This document shows, piece by piece, positions 10,916-21,348 of a DNA stretch of 64,000 nucleotides. The position numbers were made by a program, and so were the translations under genes. The notes beneath the pieces were generated by a model. The model searched no databases. It was not told where the DNA came from and saw only the letters and a program-made list of their open reading frames with translations. Source of the stretch: Pseudomonas aeruginosa PAO1 (GTDB lineage Bacteria > Pseudomonadota > Gammaproteobacteria > Pseudomonadales > Pseudomonadaceae); the NCBI RefSeq assembly GCF_000006765.1, contig NC_002516.2. One strand, given 5' to 3'. Position 1 is the stretch's first letter; each line of letters starts with the position of its first letter.

Positions 10916-10941
10916 GGATAACGCCATGGGCGTTATCCGCC
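10916..10941 (+). repeat. Right part of the interrupted REP palindrome
   Basis: GGATAACGCC-ATG-GGCGTTATCC palindrome typical of Pseudomonas GTAG-family REPs. Confidence 0.85.
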
Positions 10942-10958
10942 GCTGCGGCGTCCAGGAC

Positions 10959-11849
10959 CTAGTCATCCGCGCAGAACCGCAGGATAGCGTCCGCCACCTG
11001 GGTGGCCGCCTCGCGCTGCGGAAAATGGCCGACGCCCTCCAGCACCAGCCGCTGGTAACGCCCGCTGAAGTAGTGCTCGCGTCCGCGGGAGCCGTCGGGG
11101 TGGGTGCAGGCATCCGCGCCGCCGTGCAGCACCAGGGTCGGCAGCGCCAGGCGCGGTGCCGGGAGCAAGCGCTGTTCCGCCGCCCCGTAGCGCGGCTTCC
11201 CCGCGACGAAGCCCCAGCGATGCCGGTAATAGTGCAGCACCACGGCCACCCAGTCCGGCCCGGAGAAGGCCTGGGCGGCCTCCTGGAAATCGCGCTCGGC
11301 ATACCATCCCGGCGGCGACCAGGTGTCCCACATCTGCCGGGCGAACGCCTCGCCCTCCTCGCGCAGCGCGCGCTCTCCGCGTGGCGTAGCCATGAACCAC
11401 TGGTACCAGAAGCTACGGGCCTGCGGCAGGGAAAGAACTTGCTGCGGATCGTTGCTGGCGTACCCCACCGAGAGCATCACCAGGTGCGAGGCTACGCCCT
11501 CGCGCAGTCCGCAGGCACTAGCCACCGCGCGAGCCCCCCAGTCATGGCCGACCAGCAGGGGACGTTGCAATGCCAGGCTGTCGACGAATGCCAGCAGATC
11601 GCAAGCCAGAGCCGCCAGTTGCCCGCTGCGCGGAGTAGACGCATCGCGGAAGCGGGTCGGGGCGAATCCCCGGAGGGCTGGTGCCAGCACCCGATAGCCG
11701 GCGTCCGCCAGGGACTCCGCCAGGTCTTTCCAGGTATGCGGGCTGTCCGGCCAACCGTGCAACAAGACGGCGCTGCGCGCCCCCTGCGGATTCCACTCCA
11801 GGTAGGCGATATCCAGGACATCGGTGGAAACGAAGGCATAGCGGCTCAT
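10959..11849 (-). CDS. Alpha/beta hydrolase, epoxide hydrolase-like
   Basis: HGWPD, GHDWGA (Asp nucleophile) and GHFPQRE motifs. Confidence 0.88.
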   Translation of the reverse strand: MSRYAFVSTDVLDIAYLEWNPQGARSAVLLHGWPDSPHTWKDLAESLADAGYRVLAPALRGFAPTRFRDASTPRSGQLAALACDLLAFVDSLALQRPLLVGHDWGARAVASACGLREGVASHLVMLSVGYASNDPQQVLSLPQARSFWYQWFMATPRGERALREEGEAFARQMWDTWSPPGWYAERDFQEAAQAFSGPDWVAVVLHYYRHRWGFVAGKPRYGAAEQRLLPAPRLALPTLVLHGGADACTHPDGSRGREHYFSGRYQRLVLEGVGHFPQREAATQVADAILRFCADD

Positions 11850-11901
11850 CGGACCTCTCCAAGAGAAAGAAGGGACATCCTAGGACGCTTGCCAAGCGTG
11901 A

Positions 11902-11933
11902 TTCATGAATAGTTAGCGTCTACTATTCATGAA
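11902..11933. promoter_or_regulatory. Inverted repeat operator between divergent hydrolase and LysR genes
   Basis: TTCATGAATAG-N10-CTATTCATGAA in an AT-rich intergenic stretch. Confidence 0.6.
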
Positions 11934-11942
11934 ACGAGATGA

Positions 11943-12848
11943 ATGGAAGACCTCATGGAGCTTGCCGTCCCCACCTCCCAATCCCTGGATATCGTGTTGT
12001 TGCGTACCTTTCTCGAAGTGGTCGACAGCGGCGGTTTCGCCCTCGCCGCGGACAATCTCGCGCTCACCCCCTCCGCAGTCAGCGGGCATATCAAGCGCCT
12101 GGAACAGACAGCCGGCGTCAGCCTGCTCAGCCGCACCACTCGCCGCCTGGAGCTGACCCAGGCGGGCGAGACGCTCTACGCCTATGCCCGCAACATCGTC
12201 GAGCTGGAGCGCGAGGCCCGCGCCAGGCTGCACGGCACGCCGATCCGCGACCGCCTGCGCATCGGCGCTTCGGAGGACTTCGCCAGCGCCTGGCTGCCAC
12301 GCGTCCTGCAACGCTTTCGCCGCTGGCACCCCGAAGCATCCATCGAACTCAAGGTCGGTATCACCACCGACCTGCTCCGCCAGCAGGCCCAGGGGCGCAC
12401 CGACGTGGTGTTCGGCAAGCAGTGCCGGCGGGTAGGAGACGACGGCGAACTGCTCTGGGAGGAACCGCTGGTCTGGGCCGCGGCGACCGCGATCGAGCTG
12501 CCCGCGGGCGAACCGCTGCCGCTGGCGCTGTTCCCCGAACCCTGCGTCTACCGCGAAGCGGCGATTACAGCCCTCGGCGCCGCTGCGCGTCCCTGGCGCC
12601 TGGTGTTCGAGAGCGCCAGCATGGCCGGCTGCCTGTCCGCCGCGCTGGCCGGTTTCGCCGTGACGGTGGTGGCGCGCAGCCAGATGCGCGAGGGGCTACG
12701 CGAACTGGGCCCGGAACAGGGTTTTCCGACGCTGCCGGAGGCGCGTTTCTACGCCTTCTCGCGCCAACCCAGCCTGGCGGCCGATGCACTGATCGAGGCG
12801 GTGCGGCAGCTCGGCCAGCGCAGTCGCTTCGTTACCGCACAGGGATGA
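11943..12848 (+). CDS. LysR-family transcriptional regulator
   Basis: N-terminal HTH (LRTFLEVVDSGGFALAADNLALTPSAVSGHIKRLE) and LysR substrate-binding domain. Confidence 0.95.
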   Translation: MEDLMELAVPTSQSLDIVLLRTFLEVVDSGGFALAADNLALTPSAVSGHIKRLEQTAGVSLLSRTTRRLELTQAGETLYAYARNIVELEREARARLHGTPIRDRLRIGASEDFASAWLPRVLQRFRRWHPEASIELKVGITTDLLRQQAQGRTDVVFGKQCRRVGDDGELLWEEPLVWAAATAIELPAGEPLPLALFPEPCVYREAAITALGAAARPWRLVFESASMAGCLSAALAGFAVTVVARSQMREGLRELGPEQGFPTLPEARFYAFSRQPSLAADALIEAVRQLGQRSRFVTAQG

Positions 12849-12874
12849 GAGCAAACGGTACTCACCTACGCGCC

Positions 12875-12906
12875 GGCGGATGACCGCAAGCGGTTGTTCG
12901 TCCTAC
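12875..12906 (-). repeat. Degenerate, unoccupied GTAG-type REP
   Basis: Minus strand reads GTAGGACGAACAACCGCTTGCGGTCATCCGCC. Confidence 0.7.
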
Positions 12907-12935
12907 GTCCGAAGAGGCTTCGTGGCTGCCCAATG

Positions 12936-12969
12936 AAAAACGCCGCGTCCCTGTGCAGGGACGCGGCGT
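12936..12969 (-). terminator. Intrinsic terminator of the lipB-lipA operon
   Basis: ACGCCGCGTCCCTG-tg-CAGGGACGCGGCGT stem with TTTTT following on the minus strand. Confidence 0.85.
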
Positions 12970-12993
12970 CGGAAGGCATTGGCGCGGCGTAGA

Positions 12994-13977
12994 TCAGCCG
13001 ATCTTGTTGCCGTGCGCCTGCTGGTCGGCATGGTAGGACGAACGCACCAGCGGGCCGGACGCGACGTTCTTGAAGCCCATCTTCTCGCCTTCCTCGGCGA
13101 ACCAGGCGAAGGTGTCCGGATGCACGAAGCGCTGCACCGGCAGGTGGTTGCGCGACGGCTGCAGGTACTGGCCGAGGGTCAGCATGTCGATGTCGTGCTC
13201 GCGCATCCGCTGCATGACCTCGATGACCTCGTCGTCGGTCTCGCCCAGGCCGAGCATCAGCCCGGACTTGGTCGGTACGTGCGGAACCATCTGCTTGAAC
13301 TTCTGCAGCAGGTCCAGCGACCACTCGAAGTCCGAGCCCGGCCGCGAGGAGCGGTACAGGCGCGGTACCGTCTCCAGGTTATGGTTGAACACGTCCGGCG
13401 GCTCGTTGGCGGTGATCTCCAGGGCGATGTCCATGCGACCGCGATAGTCGGGCACCAGGGTTTCCAGCTGGATCCCCGGCGACAGCTTGCGGATCTCGCG
13501 CAGGCAGTCGGCGAAGTGCTGGGCGCCGCCGTCGCGCAGGTCGTCGCGGTCCACCGAGGTGATCACCACGTACTTCAGCCGCAGGTCGGCGATGGCGATG
13601 GCCAGGTTGGTCGGCTCGTCGACGTCCAGCGGCTTCGGCCGGCCATGACCGACGTCGCAGAACGGGCAGCGTCGGGTGCAGATATCGCCCATGATCATGA
13701 AGGTCGCGGTGCCGCCGGAGAAGCACTCGCCCAGGTTCGGGCAGGACGCCTCTTCGCAGACGCTGTGCAGCTTGTGCTTGCGCAGCAGTTGCTTGATGCG
13801 GTCGACCTCGGGGGAAACCGGGATGCGCACGCGGATCCAGTCGGGTTTCTTCGGCAGTTCCTCGGTGGGAATGATCTTCACCGGAATCCGCGCGACCTTT
13901 TCCGCGCCGCGCAGCTTCACGCCGACTTCCACCTTGCCCGGCTTGGCTTCTCCGGACTTCTCCACAACAGTGCTCAT
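12994..13977 (-). CDS. lipA: Lipoyl synthase
   Basis: [12 protein letters not shown] and radical-SAM CTRRCPFC motifs. Confidence 0.98.
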   Translation of the reverse strand: MSTVVEKSGEAKPGKVEVGVKLRGAEKVARIPVKIIPTEELPKKPDWIRVRIPVSPEVDRIKQLLRKHKLHSVCEEASCPNLGECFSGGTATFMIMGDICTRRCPFCDVGHGRPKPLDVDEPTNLAIAIADLRLKYVVITSVDRDDLRDGGAQHFADCLREIRKLSPGIQLETLVPDYRGRMDIALEITANEPPDVFNHNLETVPRLYRSSRPGSDFEWSLDLLQKFKQMVPHVPTKSGLMLGLGETDDEVIEVMQRMREHDIDMLTLGQYLQPSRNHLPVQRFVHPDTFAWFAEEGEKMGFKNVASGPLVRSSYHADQQAHGNKIG

Positions 13978-14627
13978 GTCAGTTCGATCCCGCCCGTAAG
14001 GGTCTTCTGTTCAGCGTAGCCAAGGCGTGAGACGAGCTCAGCGCGCAATCGGGTACACACCTCGGCAAAATCCACCGGCCCAACCAGGTCGCGCAGTTGG
14101 GTCATGGGCATCCCGGCGTAGCCGCAGGGATTGATTCGTTGGAACGGTCGCAGGTCCATGTCCAGGTTCAGCGCCAGGCCATGGAAGGAACAGCCGTTGC
14201 GGATGCGCAGGCCGAGGGAGGCGATCTTCGCCCCGTCGACGTAGACACCCGGCGCGTCCGGCTTGGCCACGGCCTGCACGTCATAGGACGCCAGCAGGCC
14301 GATCAGGCTCTGCTCGATCCGGCTGACCAGCTCGCGCACGCCCAGTCCCAGGCGGCGGACATCGAGCAGCAGGTAGGTGACCAACTGGCCGGGGCCGTGG
14401 TAGGTCACCTGGCCGCCGCGATCTACCTGGATCACCGGGATGTCGCCGGGGAACAGCACATGCTCCGCCTTGCCGGCCTGCCCCTGGGTGAAGACCGCAG
14501 GGTGCTGCAACAGCCAGGCTTCGTCCATTACCGATTTGTCGCGCTCGGCAACGAAGCGCTGCATGGCATGCCAGGTCGGTTCGTAGGGAACCTCGCCGAG
14601 CTCACGGAAGCCCAGCTCGAGTCCCAT
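13974..14627 (-). CDS. lipB: Octanoyltransferase
   Basis: [28 protein letters not shown] and PCG motifs. Confidence 0.97.
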   Translation of the reverse strand: MGLELGFRELGEVPYEPTWHAMQRFVAERDKSVMDEAWLLQHPAVFTQGQAGKAEHVLFPGDIPVIQVDRGGQVTYHGPGQLVTYLLLDVRRLGLGVRELVSRIEQSLIGLLASYDVQAVAKPDAPGVYVDGAKIASLGLRIRNGCSFHGLALNLDMDLRPFQRINPCGYAGMPMTQLRDLVGPVDFAEVCTRLRAELVSRLGYAEQKTLTGGIELT

Positions 14628-14908
14628 CAGAGCACCATGTGCACGCGTCCGGTCGCGCGCAGGTCGTTATGGATGGCTTGCAGTTGGTCGACATCGGTGG
14701 CAGTGATCAGCACCTGCACCGAGAGGAATCGCCCCTTGCTGCTGTCACGGACCACCAGGGTCTCGACGTCGAGATCCGGCGCGTGGCGCTGGATGATTTC
14801 CACGACCAGGTCGGAGAAACCTTCGCCGGCGTCGCCGATCACCTTGATCGGATAACGCTCGCAGGGGAATTCGATTTTCGGGGGTTGAACGTCAGGGGTA
14901 TCGGTCAT
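14627..14908 (-). CDS. ybeD: YbeD/DUF493 family protein
   Basis: [14 protein letters not shown] and SSKGRFLSV; position upstream of lipB. Confidence 0.85.
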
Positions 14909-14978
14909 GGCGGCGGCGGACCCGTGGTCCGCGGGGACGGGCGCCCGCTGGCCTCGTGAGCGGGCGGGCGCCGGTCGG

Positions 14979-16139
14979 TCAGTTGAACAAACCGTAGAAG
15001 AACAGGCGGATGCTATCCCACAGGCGGCGGAAGAAACCACCCTCCTCGACGGCGTTGAGGGCGACCAGGTCGGCGCTGCGGATGACCTTGTCGTCCAGCT
15101 TCACTTCCACCTTGCCGATCACCTGGCCCTGCTGGATCGGCGCCATCAGTTGCGGCTCCAGGACCATGCTGGCCTGCAGCTTCTGCATCTGGCCGCGCGG
15201 CAGGGTCATGGTCAGATCTTCGGCGAGGCCGGCTTTCACTTCATGCTCGGAACCCTTCCAGACCAGGCCCTTGGTCAGCTCGGTGCCCTTCTTGTAGAAG
15301 TTGCGGCTTTCGAAGAAGCGGAAGCCATAGGTCAGCAGCTTCTGGGTCTCGGCGGCGCGGGCCTGCTCGCTGTTGGTGCCGAACACCACGGCGATCATGC
15401 GCTGGCCGTCGCGTACCGCGGAAGCCACCAGGCAGTAGCCGGCTTCGTCGGTGTGGCCGGTCTTCAGGCCGTCGACGGTCTTGTCGCGCCACAGCAGCAG
15501 GTTGCGGTTCGGCTGCTTGATGTTGTTCCAGAGGAATTCCTTCTGCGCGTAGATCGCGTAGTGGCTCGGCTCACCGTAGATGATCGCGCGGGCCAGCACC
15601 GCCATGTCGCGGGCGGAGGAATAGTGGTCCGGGTTGGGCAGGCCGGTGGCGTCCATGAAGTGAGAGTTGGTCAGGCCCAGCTTCTGCGCGGTGGTGTTCA
15701 TCATGTCGGCGAAGGCGTCTTCGCTGCCGGCGATATGCTCGGCCAGGGCGACGCTGGCGTCGTTGCCGGACTGGATGATGATGCCATGCAGCAGGTCGCT
15801 CACCGATACCTGGCTGCCGACCTTGATGAACATCCGCGAACCGCCGGTGCGCCAGGCATGTTCGCTGACGGTGACCAGGTCGTTCTCGCCGATGCGGCCG
15901 GCCTCGATCTCCTTGGTGGCGATGTAGGCGGTCATCAGTTTGGTCAGGCTGGCCGGCGGCAGGCGCTGGTCGCCGTTGTTCTCGACCAGAACCTGGCCGC
16001 TCTCGCCGTCCATCAGGACGTACGACTTGGCGGCCAGTTGCGGCGGCGCCGGAACCATGGATTCAGCAGCCCAGCCAGCCGTAGGGGCGATGAACAGGAC
16101 AAGCAGTGACAAGCGTTTCGCGATAGTGGTGATGTTCAT
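14979..16139 (-). CDS. dacC: D-alanyl-D-alanine carboxypeptidase (PBP5)
   Basis: SxxK (PASLTK), SGN and KTG motifs. Confidence 0.95.
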
Positions 16140-16204
16140 CCGTCTCTCTGGTTCTACCAATGGTCAAACAATCCCTTGCGGGAATTCCCTGCGTGAGTAG
16201 GCGC

Positions 16205-17233
16205 TCAGTCGGGGCGTACCAGCGTCGGCTGGCCAAGGTTGGCCACGCGGATGCTGTCCTGGGTGCGGCTAACCTCGTCCGCCGAACCGATCGGTCCCAG
16301 CCGCACCCGGTGCAGAATCTGCTGGTTGCGCACGACCGAACTGATAAACACCGGCGCAGCCGTCACGCCGCTCAGCTTGGCCTTCAGCAGCTCCGCCGCA
16401 TCCGGGTTGGCGAAGGCGCCCACCTGGAGATACAGGCCATCGGCTGGTAATGAAGCGTTTTTTTTTGAGTCGATCTGCACCGGCAGCACGGCGGCCGCGT
16501 GCTGCGCCGGCGGCGGAGTGTAGGTCTCGATCGGCTGGGCCATCGCCACCGCCTGCGTCTGCGCCGCGGCGGGAGCGGCCTGGGCCACCGCCTGCTTGGG
16601 CTGCGCCAGGACCATCGGTGCCGGCCGGCCGCGCTGGGCCCACCACTGCACCGGGTCGATGCCTTCGACCTTGACCCGCGCGGTGCCGGTCTCGGCATAG
16701 CCGAGCTTCTTCGCCGCGGCGAAGGACAGGTCGATGACCCGGTCGGAATAGAACGGGCCGCGGTCGTTGACGCGGACGATCACGCTCTTGCCGTTGTCCA
16801 GGTTGGTCACCCGCACATAGCTCGGCAACGGCAGGGTCTTGTGCGCGGCGGTCATGCCGTAGAGGTCGTAGGTCTCGCCGTTGGCGGTGGCCTGGCCGTG
16901 GAACTTGGTGCCGTACCAGGACGCGGTGCCGACCATCCGGTAGGCCCGCGCATCGTTCATCGGGTAGTAGGTCTTGCCCAGCACGGTGTAGGGGTTGGCC
17001 TTCACCGAACCGTTGTGCGGCATCGGCACCGCATCGGGGATCCGCGACACGTCGACGTCCCACCAGGGGGCGCCGTCGCGATGCGGACGGGAATAGTCGC
17101 CCGGCCCGGAAATGCCCGCCTGCCTGGCCGGCTGCTGGGGCGCCTTGCTGGAGCAACTGCTCAACAGCACGGCCGCCAGCCCGAGGCCGCAGACGGCGGG
17201 CAGGATCAGGGAGGAGCGGACACGCTTGCTCAA
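16205..17233 (-). CDS. rlpA: Septal lytic transglycosylase lipoprotein RlpA
   Basis: Lipobox LSSC, DPBB domain (GTASWYG, TAAHKTLP, NDRGPF) and C-terminal SPOR domain (LQVGAF). Confidence 0.95.
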   Translation of the reverse strand: MSKRVRSSLILPAVCGLGLAAVLLSSCSSKAPQQPARQAGISGPGDYSRPHRDGAPWWDVDVSRIPDAVPMPHNGSVKANPYTVLGKTYYPMNDARAYRMVGTASWYGTKFHGQATANGETYDLYGMTAAHKTLPLPSYVRVTNLDNGKSVIVRVNDRGPFYSDRVIDLSFAAAKKLGYAETGTARVKVEGIDPVQWWAQRGRPAPMVLAQPKQAVAQAAPAAAQTQAVAMAQPIETYTPPPAQHAAAVLPVQIDSKKNASLPADGLYLQVGAFANPDAAELLKAKLSGVTAAPVFISSVVRNQQILHRVRLGPIGSADEVSRTQDSIRVANLGQPTLVRPD

Positions 17234-18252
17234 TGGGCACCTCGCGCGCGGGCAATCTCGCCCGCCAGCTGATAAACCGCCATGGCATACATGGCGCTGC
17301 GATTATAGCGGGTGATCACGTAGAAGTTCGGCAAACCGACCCAATACTCGATGCCCTTGTCGCCGACGAAACGCATCGCCGTGACCTTCTGGTCGTCGCG
17401 CAGCGCATCGTGGGTGCGCCAGCCGCGGGCACGCAGCTCGCCCAGGCTCATGGTCGGGTCGACGCCCCTGGTCACCGCGCTCTCGGCGCTCTCGTCGTTG
17501 ATCTCGGCCACCGAGACCACCGGCTCGCCGGTGACCCAGCCGTGCTGCTTGAAGTAGCTGGCGACGCTACCGATGGCATCGGTCGGGTCGCTCCAGATAT
17601 TGATGTGGCCATCGCCGTCGAAGTCCACCGCGTAGGCGCGGAAGCTGCTCGGCATGAATTGTGGCAGGCCCATGGCGCCGGCGTAGGAGCCGGTCAGGCT
17701 GAGCGGGTCGACCTGCTGTTCGCGGGCGAGCAGGAGGAACTCGCGCAACTCCTTGCGGAAGAAGTCGGCCCGCGGCGGGTAGTCGAAGCCGAGGGTGGAC
17801 AGCGCGTCCATCACCCGGTAACTGCCGGTGTTGCGGCCGAAGAAGGTTTCCACGCCGATGATCGAGACGATGATCTCGGCCGGCACGCCGTATTCCTTCT
17901 CCGCCCGCGCCAGGTCTTCGGCATGCTTGTTCCAGAAGTCGACGCCACGACTGATGCGCGCGTCGCTGATGAAGATCGGCCGGTATTCCTTCCACTGCTT
18001 GACCCGCTCGGCCGGGCGCGAGATCGCATCGAGGATCGACTGCTTGCGGTTCACGTCGCGGAACAGCCCCATCAGCTGCTCTCCGGCGAAGCCGTAGTCG
18101 CGGGTCATTTCGCTGACGAACTCGGCCACTTGCGGCGAGCCGTCGTAGTCCCCCGCCTGGGCCGCCCCGGACAGGCCAATGACGCCGGCTACGCCGACCC
18201 ATTGGACGCCCCTGGCCGCCCATGTACGCAGTACTTGCATTGCGTTCTTCAC
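17230..18252 (-). CDS. sltB1: Soluble lytic transglycosylase B1
   Basis: IIGVETFFG, GSYAGAMGLPQFMPSS and DFDGDGH motifs; GTG start inferred. Confidence 0.92.
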   Translation of the reverse strand: MKNAMQVLRTWAARGVQWVGVAGVIGLSGAAQAGDYDGSPQVAEFVSEMTRDYGFAGEQLMGLFRDVNRKQSILDAISRPAERVKQWKEYRPIFISDARISRGVDFWNKHAEDLARAEKEYGVPAEIIVSIIGVETFFGRNTGSYRVMDALSTLGFDYPPRADFFRKELREFLLLAREQQVDPLSLTGSYAGAMGLPQFMPSSFRAYAVDFDGDGHINIWSDPTDAIGSVASYFKQHGWVTGEPVVSVAEINDESAESAVTRGVDPTMSLGELRARGWRTHDALRDDQKVTAMRFVGDKGIEYWVGLPNFYVITRYNRSAMYAMAVYQLAGEIARARGAH

Positions 18253-18260
18253 TCTTGGTC

Positions 18261-19406
18261 TCAAACCTGGGCGATCCACTTCCGATGGGTATGGATCGAC
18301 ATCAGAACCCCGAACCCTGACAACAGGGTAACCAGCGAAGTTCCGCCATAACTAATGAAAGGCAGCGGTACCCCCACCACCGGCAACAACCCGCTCACCA
18401 TACCGATATTCACGAAGACATAAACGAAAAACGTCATGGTGATGCCACCGGCCAGCAGTTTGCCGTAGAGCGTCTGCGCCTGGGCGGTGATCACCAGGCC
18501 ACGACTGATCAGCAGCAGGTAGAGCACCAGCAGCAGGCAGACGCCGACCAGGCCGAACTCCTCGCCGAGGACCGCAATGATAAAGTCGGTGTGGCTTTCC
18601 GGCAAAAAATCCAGGTGCGACTGGGTGCCTAGCAGCCAGCCCTTGCCGAATACCCCGCCGGAACCGATGGCCGCCTTAGACTGGATGATGTTCCAGCCGG
18701 TGCCCAGCGGGTCGCTTTCCGGGTCGAGGAAGGTCAGCACCCGCTGTTTCTGGTAGTCGTGCATGATGAAGAACCACATCGCCACGGCGATCGGCACCGC
18801 CGCCGACACCGCGCCGACGATCCAGCGCCAGCGCAGGCCGCCGACGAACAGCACGAAGCCGCCGGAAGCGAGGATCAGCATGGCGGTGCCGAGGTCGGGT
18901 TGTTTCAGGATCAGCACGAACGGGGTGATGATGATCGCCAGGCTGATCACCATGTGCTTGAGCCCCGGCGGCAGGTTGCGCTTGGACAGGTACCAGGCCA
19001 CCGTCATCGGCATCAGCAGCTTCATGAACTCCGAGGGCTGGAAGCGGATCACCCCGGGGATGTTGATCCAGCGCGTCGCCCCCTTGGCGTCGTGGCCGAT
19101 CACGTCGACCACCACCAGCAGCGCGACCCCCACCAGGTAGCCCAGCGGCACCCAGCGGGCCATGAAGCGCGGCTCGATCTGGGCGATGACCACCATCATG
19201 CCCAGTCCCAGGCCGAACGAGGTGGCCTGCTTCATCAGCATGTCCCAGCTCTTGCCGCTCGCCGAATAGAGGACGAACAGGCCGGTGGCGCCGAGGATCA
19301 GCAACAGCAGCAGGAGAATCCCGTCGATGTGCAGGCGCTGCAACAGGCTGGCGCGCCGGCGCATCACGTCTTCGTTGGACAGGGTGCGGTCGAAGTTACT
19401 GTTCAA
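18261..19406 (-). CDS. rodA: Rod shape-determining SEDS glycosyltransferase RodA
   Basis: GATRWI, QPSEFMK, QPDLGT, LPESHTDF and PFISYGG motifs; an alternative start at 19364 is possible. Confidence 0.96.
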   Translation of the reverse strand: MNSNFDRTLSNEDVMRRRASLLQRLHIDGILLLLLLILGATGLFVLYSASGKSWDMLMKQATSFGLGLGMMVVIAQIEPRFMARWVPLGYLVGVALLVVVDVIGHDAKGATRWINIPGVIRFQPSEFMKLLMPMTVAWYLSKRNLPPGLKHMVISLAIIITPFVLILKQPDLGTAMLILASGGFVLFVGGLRWRWIVGAVSAAVPIAVAMWFFIMHDYQKQRVLTFLDPESDPLGTGWNIIQSKAAIGSGGVFGKGWLLGTQSHLDFLPESHTDFIIAVLGEEFGLVGVCLLLVLYLLLISRGLVITAQAQTLYGKLLAGGITMTFFVYVFVNIGMVSGLLPVVGVPLPFISYGGTSLVTLLSGFGVLMSIHTHRKWIAQV

Positions 19407-21336
19407 GGGCGGGCGCCTCCGGCTCGGCTGCCGTGGGTTCGGGCTTGGCCACCGCCGCCGCGAGCGGCGCGACGGGTTCCGCGTATTCGGCCTTGAGCTT
19501 GCCGTGCTCGTCGAGCAGCCAGGCGTCCATCACCTGCTTGACCACCGGGGCGGCGACGCCGGAGCCGGACTCGCCGTTCTCCACCATCACCGCCACCGCG
19601 ATCTGCGGGTTGTTGGCCGGCGCGAAGCCGACGAACAGGGCGTGGTCGCGGTGCCGCTCGAGCAGCTTGGAGCGGTCGTAGCGCTCGTTCTGCTTGATCG
19701 CCACCACCTGGGCGGTACCGCTCTTGCCGGCGATCAGGTAGGCCGAGGTGGCGCCGACCTTGCGCGCCGTGCCGCGGGCGCCATGCACCACCTGCTGCAT
19801 GCCGTAGTCGACGCGGTCCCAGTTGGCCGGGTCGCGCAGCACGATGTCGGGCATCGGGTCGGGGTCGACCGGCGGCTGGCCGTCGATGGTCTTGGCCAGG
19901 TGCGGGCGGATCCAGTGGCCCTTGTTGGCCAGCAGCGCGGTCATCTGCGCCAGTTGGATCGGCGTCGCCTGCATGTAGCCCTGGCCGATGCCGAGGATCA
20001 GGGTCTCGCCCGGGTACCAGACCTGGCGGCGGGTCTTGCGCTTCCATTCGCGCGAGGGCATCAGCCCGTCGGCTTCGCCGAACATGTCCAGGGCGACTTT
20101 CTGGCCGAAGCCGAAGCGGCTCATGAAGGCGTGCAGGCGGTCGATCCCCAGCTTGTGCGCGAGGTCGTAGAAATAGGTGTCGTTGGACCGGTAGATCGCC
20201 GACTCCAGGCTCACCCAGCCATCGCCGTAGCGGTTCCAGTTACGGTACTTGTGGTCGTAGTTGGGCAACTGGTAGTAGCCGGGGTCGAAGACCCGCGAGG
20301 TCGGCGTGACCACCCCGGCGTCGAGGCCGGCCAGCGCCACCGCCGGCTTCACCGTCGAGCCCGGCGGATAGAGCCCGCGCAGGACGCGGTTGTACAGCGG
20401 CCGGTCGATGGAGTCACGCAGCTCGGCATAGGCCTTGAAGCTGATGCCGGTGACGAACAGGTTGGGGTCGTAGCTCGGCTGGCTGACCATCGCCAGCACG
20501 TCGCCGGTGGACGGCTGGATCGCCACGATGGCGCCCCGCCGCCCGGCCAGGGCGTTCTCGGCGGCCTCCTGCAGGCGGCTGTCGATGCTCAGGACGATGT
20601 CCTTGCCGGGAATCGGGTCGGTGCGCTTGAGCACCCGCAGCACCCGCCCGCGGGCGTTGGTCTCGACTTCCTCGTAGCCAACCGTGCCGTGCAACTCGCT
20701 CTCGTAGAAGCGCTCGATGCCGGTCTTGCCGATATGGTGGGTGCCGCTGTAGTTAATCGGGTCGAGGTTCTTCAGTTCCTGCTCGTTGATCCGCCCGACG
20801 TACCCGACCGAATGGGCGAAGTGCTCCTTCAGCGGGTAGTGGCGGACGAACTGGGTCGCCACGTCGACGCCCGGCAGGCGGAACTGGTTCACCGCGATGC
20901 GGGCGATCTGTTCCTCGTTGAGTTCGAACATGATGGGAACCGGCTCGAACGGACGCCGCCCCTGCTTCATGCGCTTCTCGAAGATGGCCCGGTCGTCCTC
21001 GGTCAGGCCGAGGATCTCCACCAGCGTGTCGAGGGTCTTCTGCAGGTCCTCGGTGCGTTCGCGGGTGATGGTCAGGCTGAAGCTCGGCCGGTTGTCGGCG
21101 ATGATCACGCCGTTGCGGTCGAAGATGATCCCGCGGGTCGGCGGGATCGGCTGCACATGGACCCGGTTGTTCTCCGACAGCGTCGAATGGTACTCGTACT
21201 GGGTCACCTGCAGGTGGTACATGCGCGCCACCAGCACCAGGGTCAGCAAGACCACCGCCACCGCCCCGACGATGACGCGCCGACGCACCAGGCGGGCGTC
21301 TTTCTCGTGGTCTTTCAGGTGGATCGGCTGCGGCAT
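19396..21336 (-). CDS. pbpA: Penicillin-binding protein 2
   Basis: PPGSTVKP (SxxK), SNDTYFY and KSGTAQ motifs. Confidence 0.97.
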   Translation of the reverse strand: MPQPIHLKDHEKDARLVRRRVIVGAVAVVLLTLVLVARMYHLQVTQYEYHSTLSENNRVHVQPIPPTRGIIFDRNGVIIADNRPSFSLTITRERTEDLQKTLDTLVEILGLTEDDRAIFEKRMKQGRRPFEPVPIMFELNEEQIARIAVNQFRLPGVDVATQFVRHYPLKEHFAHSVGYVGRINEQELKNLDPINYSGTHHIGKTGIERFYESELHGTVGYEEVETNARGRVLRVLKRTDPIPGKDIVLSIDSRLQEAAENALAGRRGAIVAIQPSTGDVLAMVSQPSYDPNLFVTGISFKAYAELRDSIDRPLYNRVLRGLYPPGSTVKPAVALAGLDAGVVTPTSRVFDPGYYQLPNYDHKYRNWNRYGDGWVSLESAIYRSNDTYFYDLAHKLGIDRLHAFMSRFGFGQKVALDMFGEADGLMPSREWKRKTRRQVWYPGETLILGIGQGYMQATPIQLAQMTALLANKGHWIRPHLAKTIDGQPPVDPDPMPDIVLRDPANWDRVDYGMQQVVHGARGTARKVGATSAYLIAGKSGTAQVVAIKQNERYDRSKLLERHRDHALFVGFAPANNPQIAVAVMVENGESGSGVAAPVVKQVMDAWLLDEHGKLKAEYAEPVAPLAAAVAKPEPTAAEPEAPALEQ

Positions 21337-21348
21337 CGGGACTGGGGA

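Noticed and set aside
9480-10945. CRISPR array, retron or group II intron interpretation of the hairpin-rich region
   Set aside because: No regularly spaced repeats and no reverse-transcriptase or Cas motifs; everything is explained by the IS and REP.
18340-18440. AT-richer patch in the 3' part of rodA as foreign DNA
   Set aside because: The frame and SEDS motifs are intact; at most it is an internal promoter for sltB1-rlpA, with no clear consensus.
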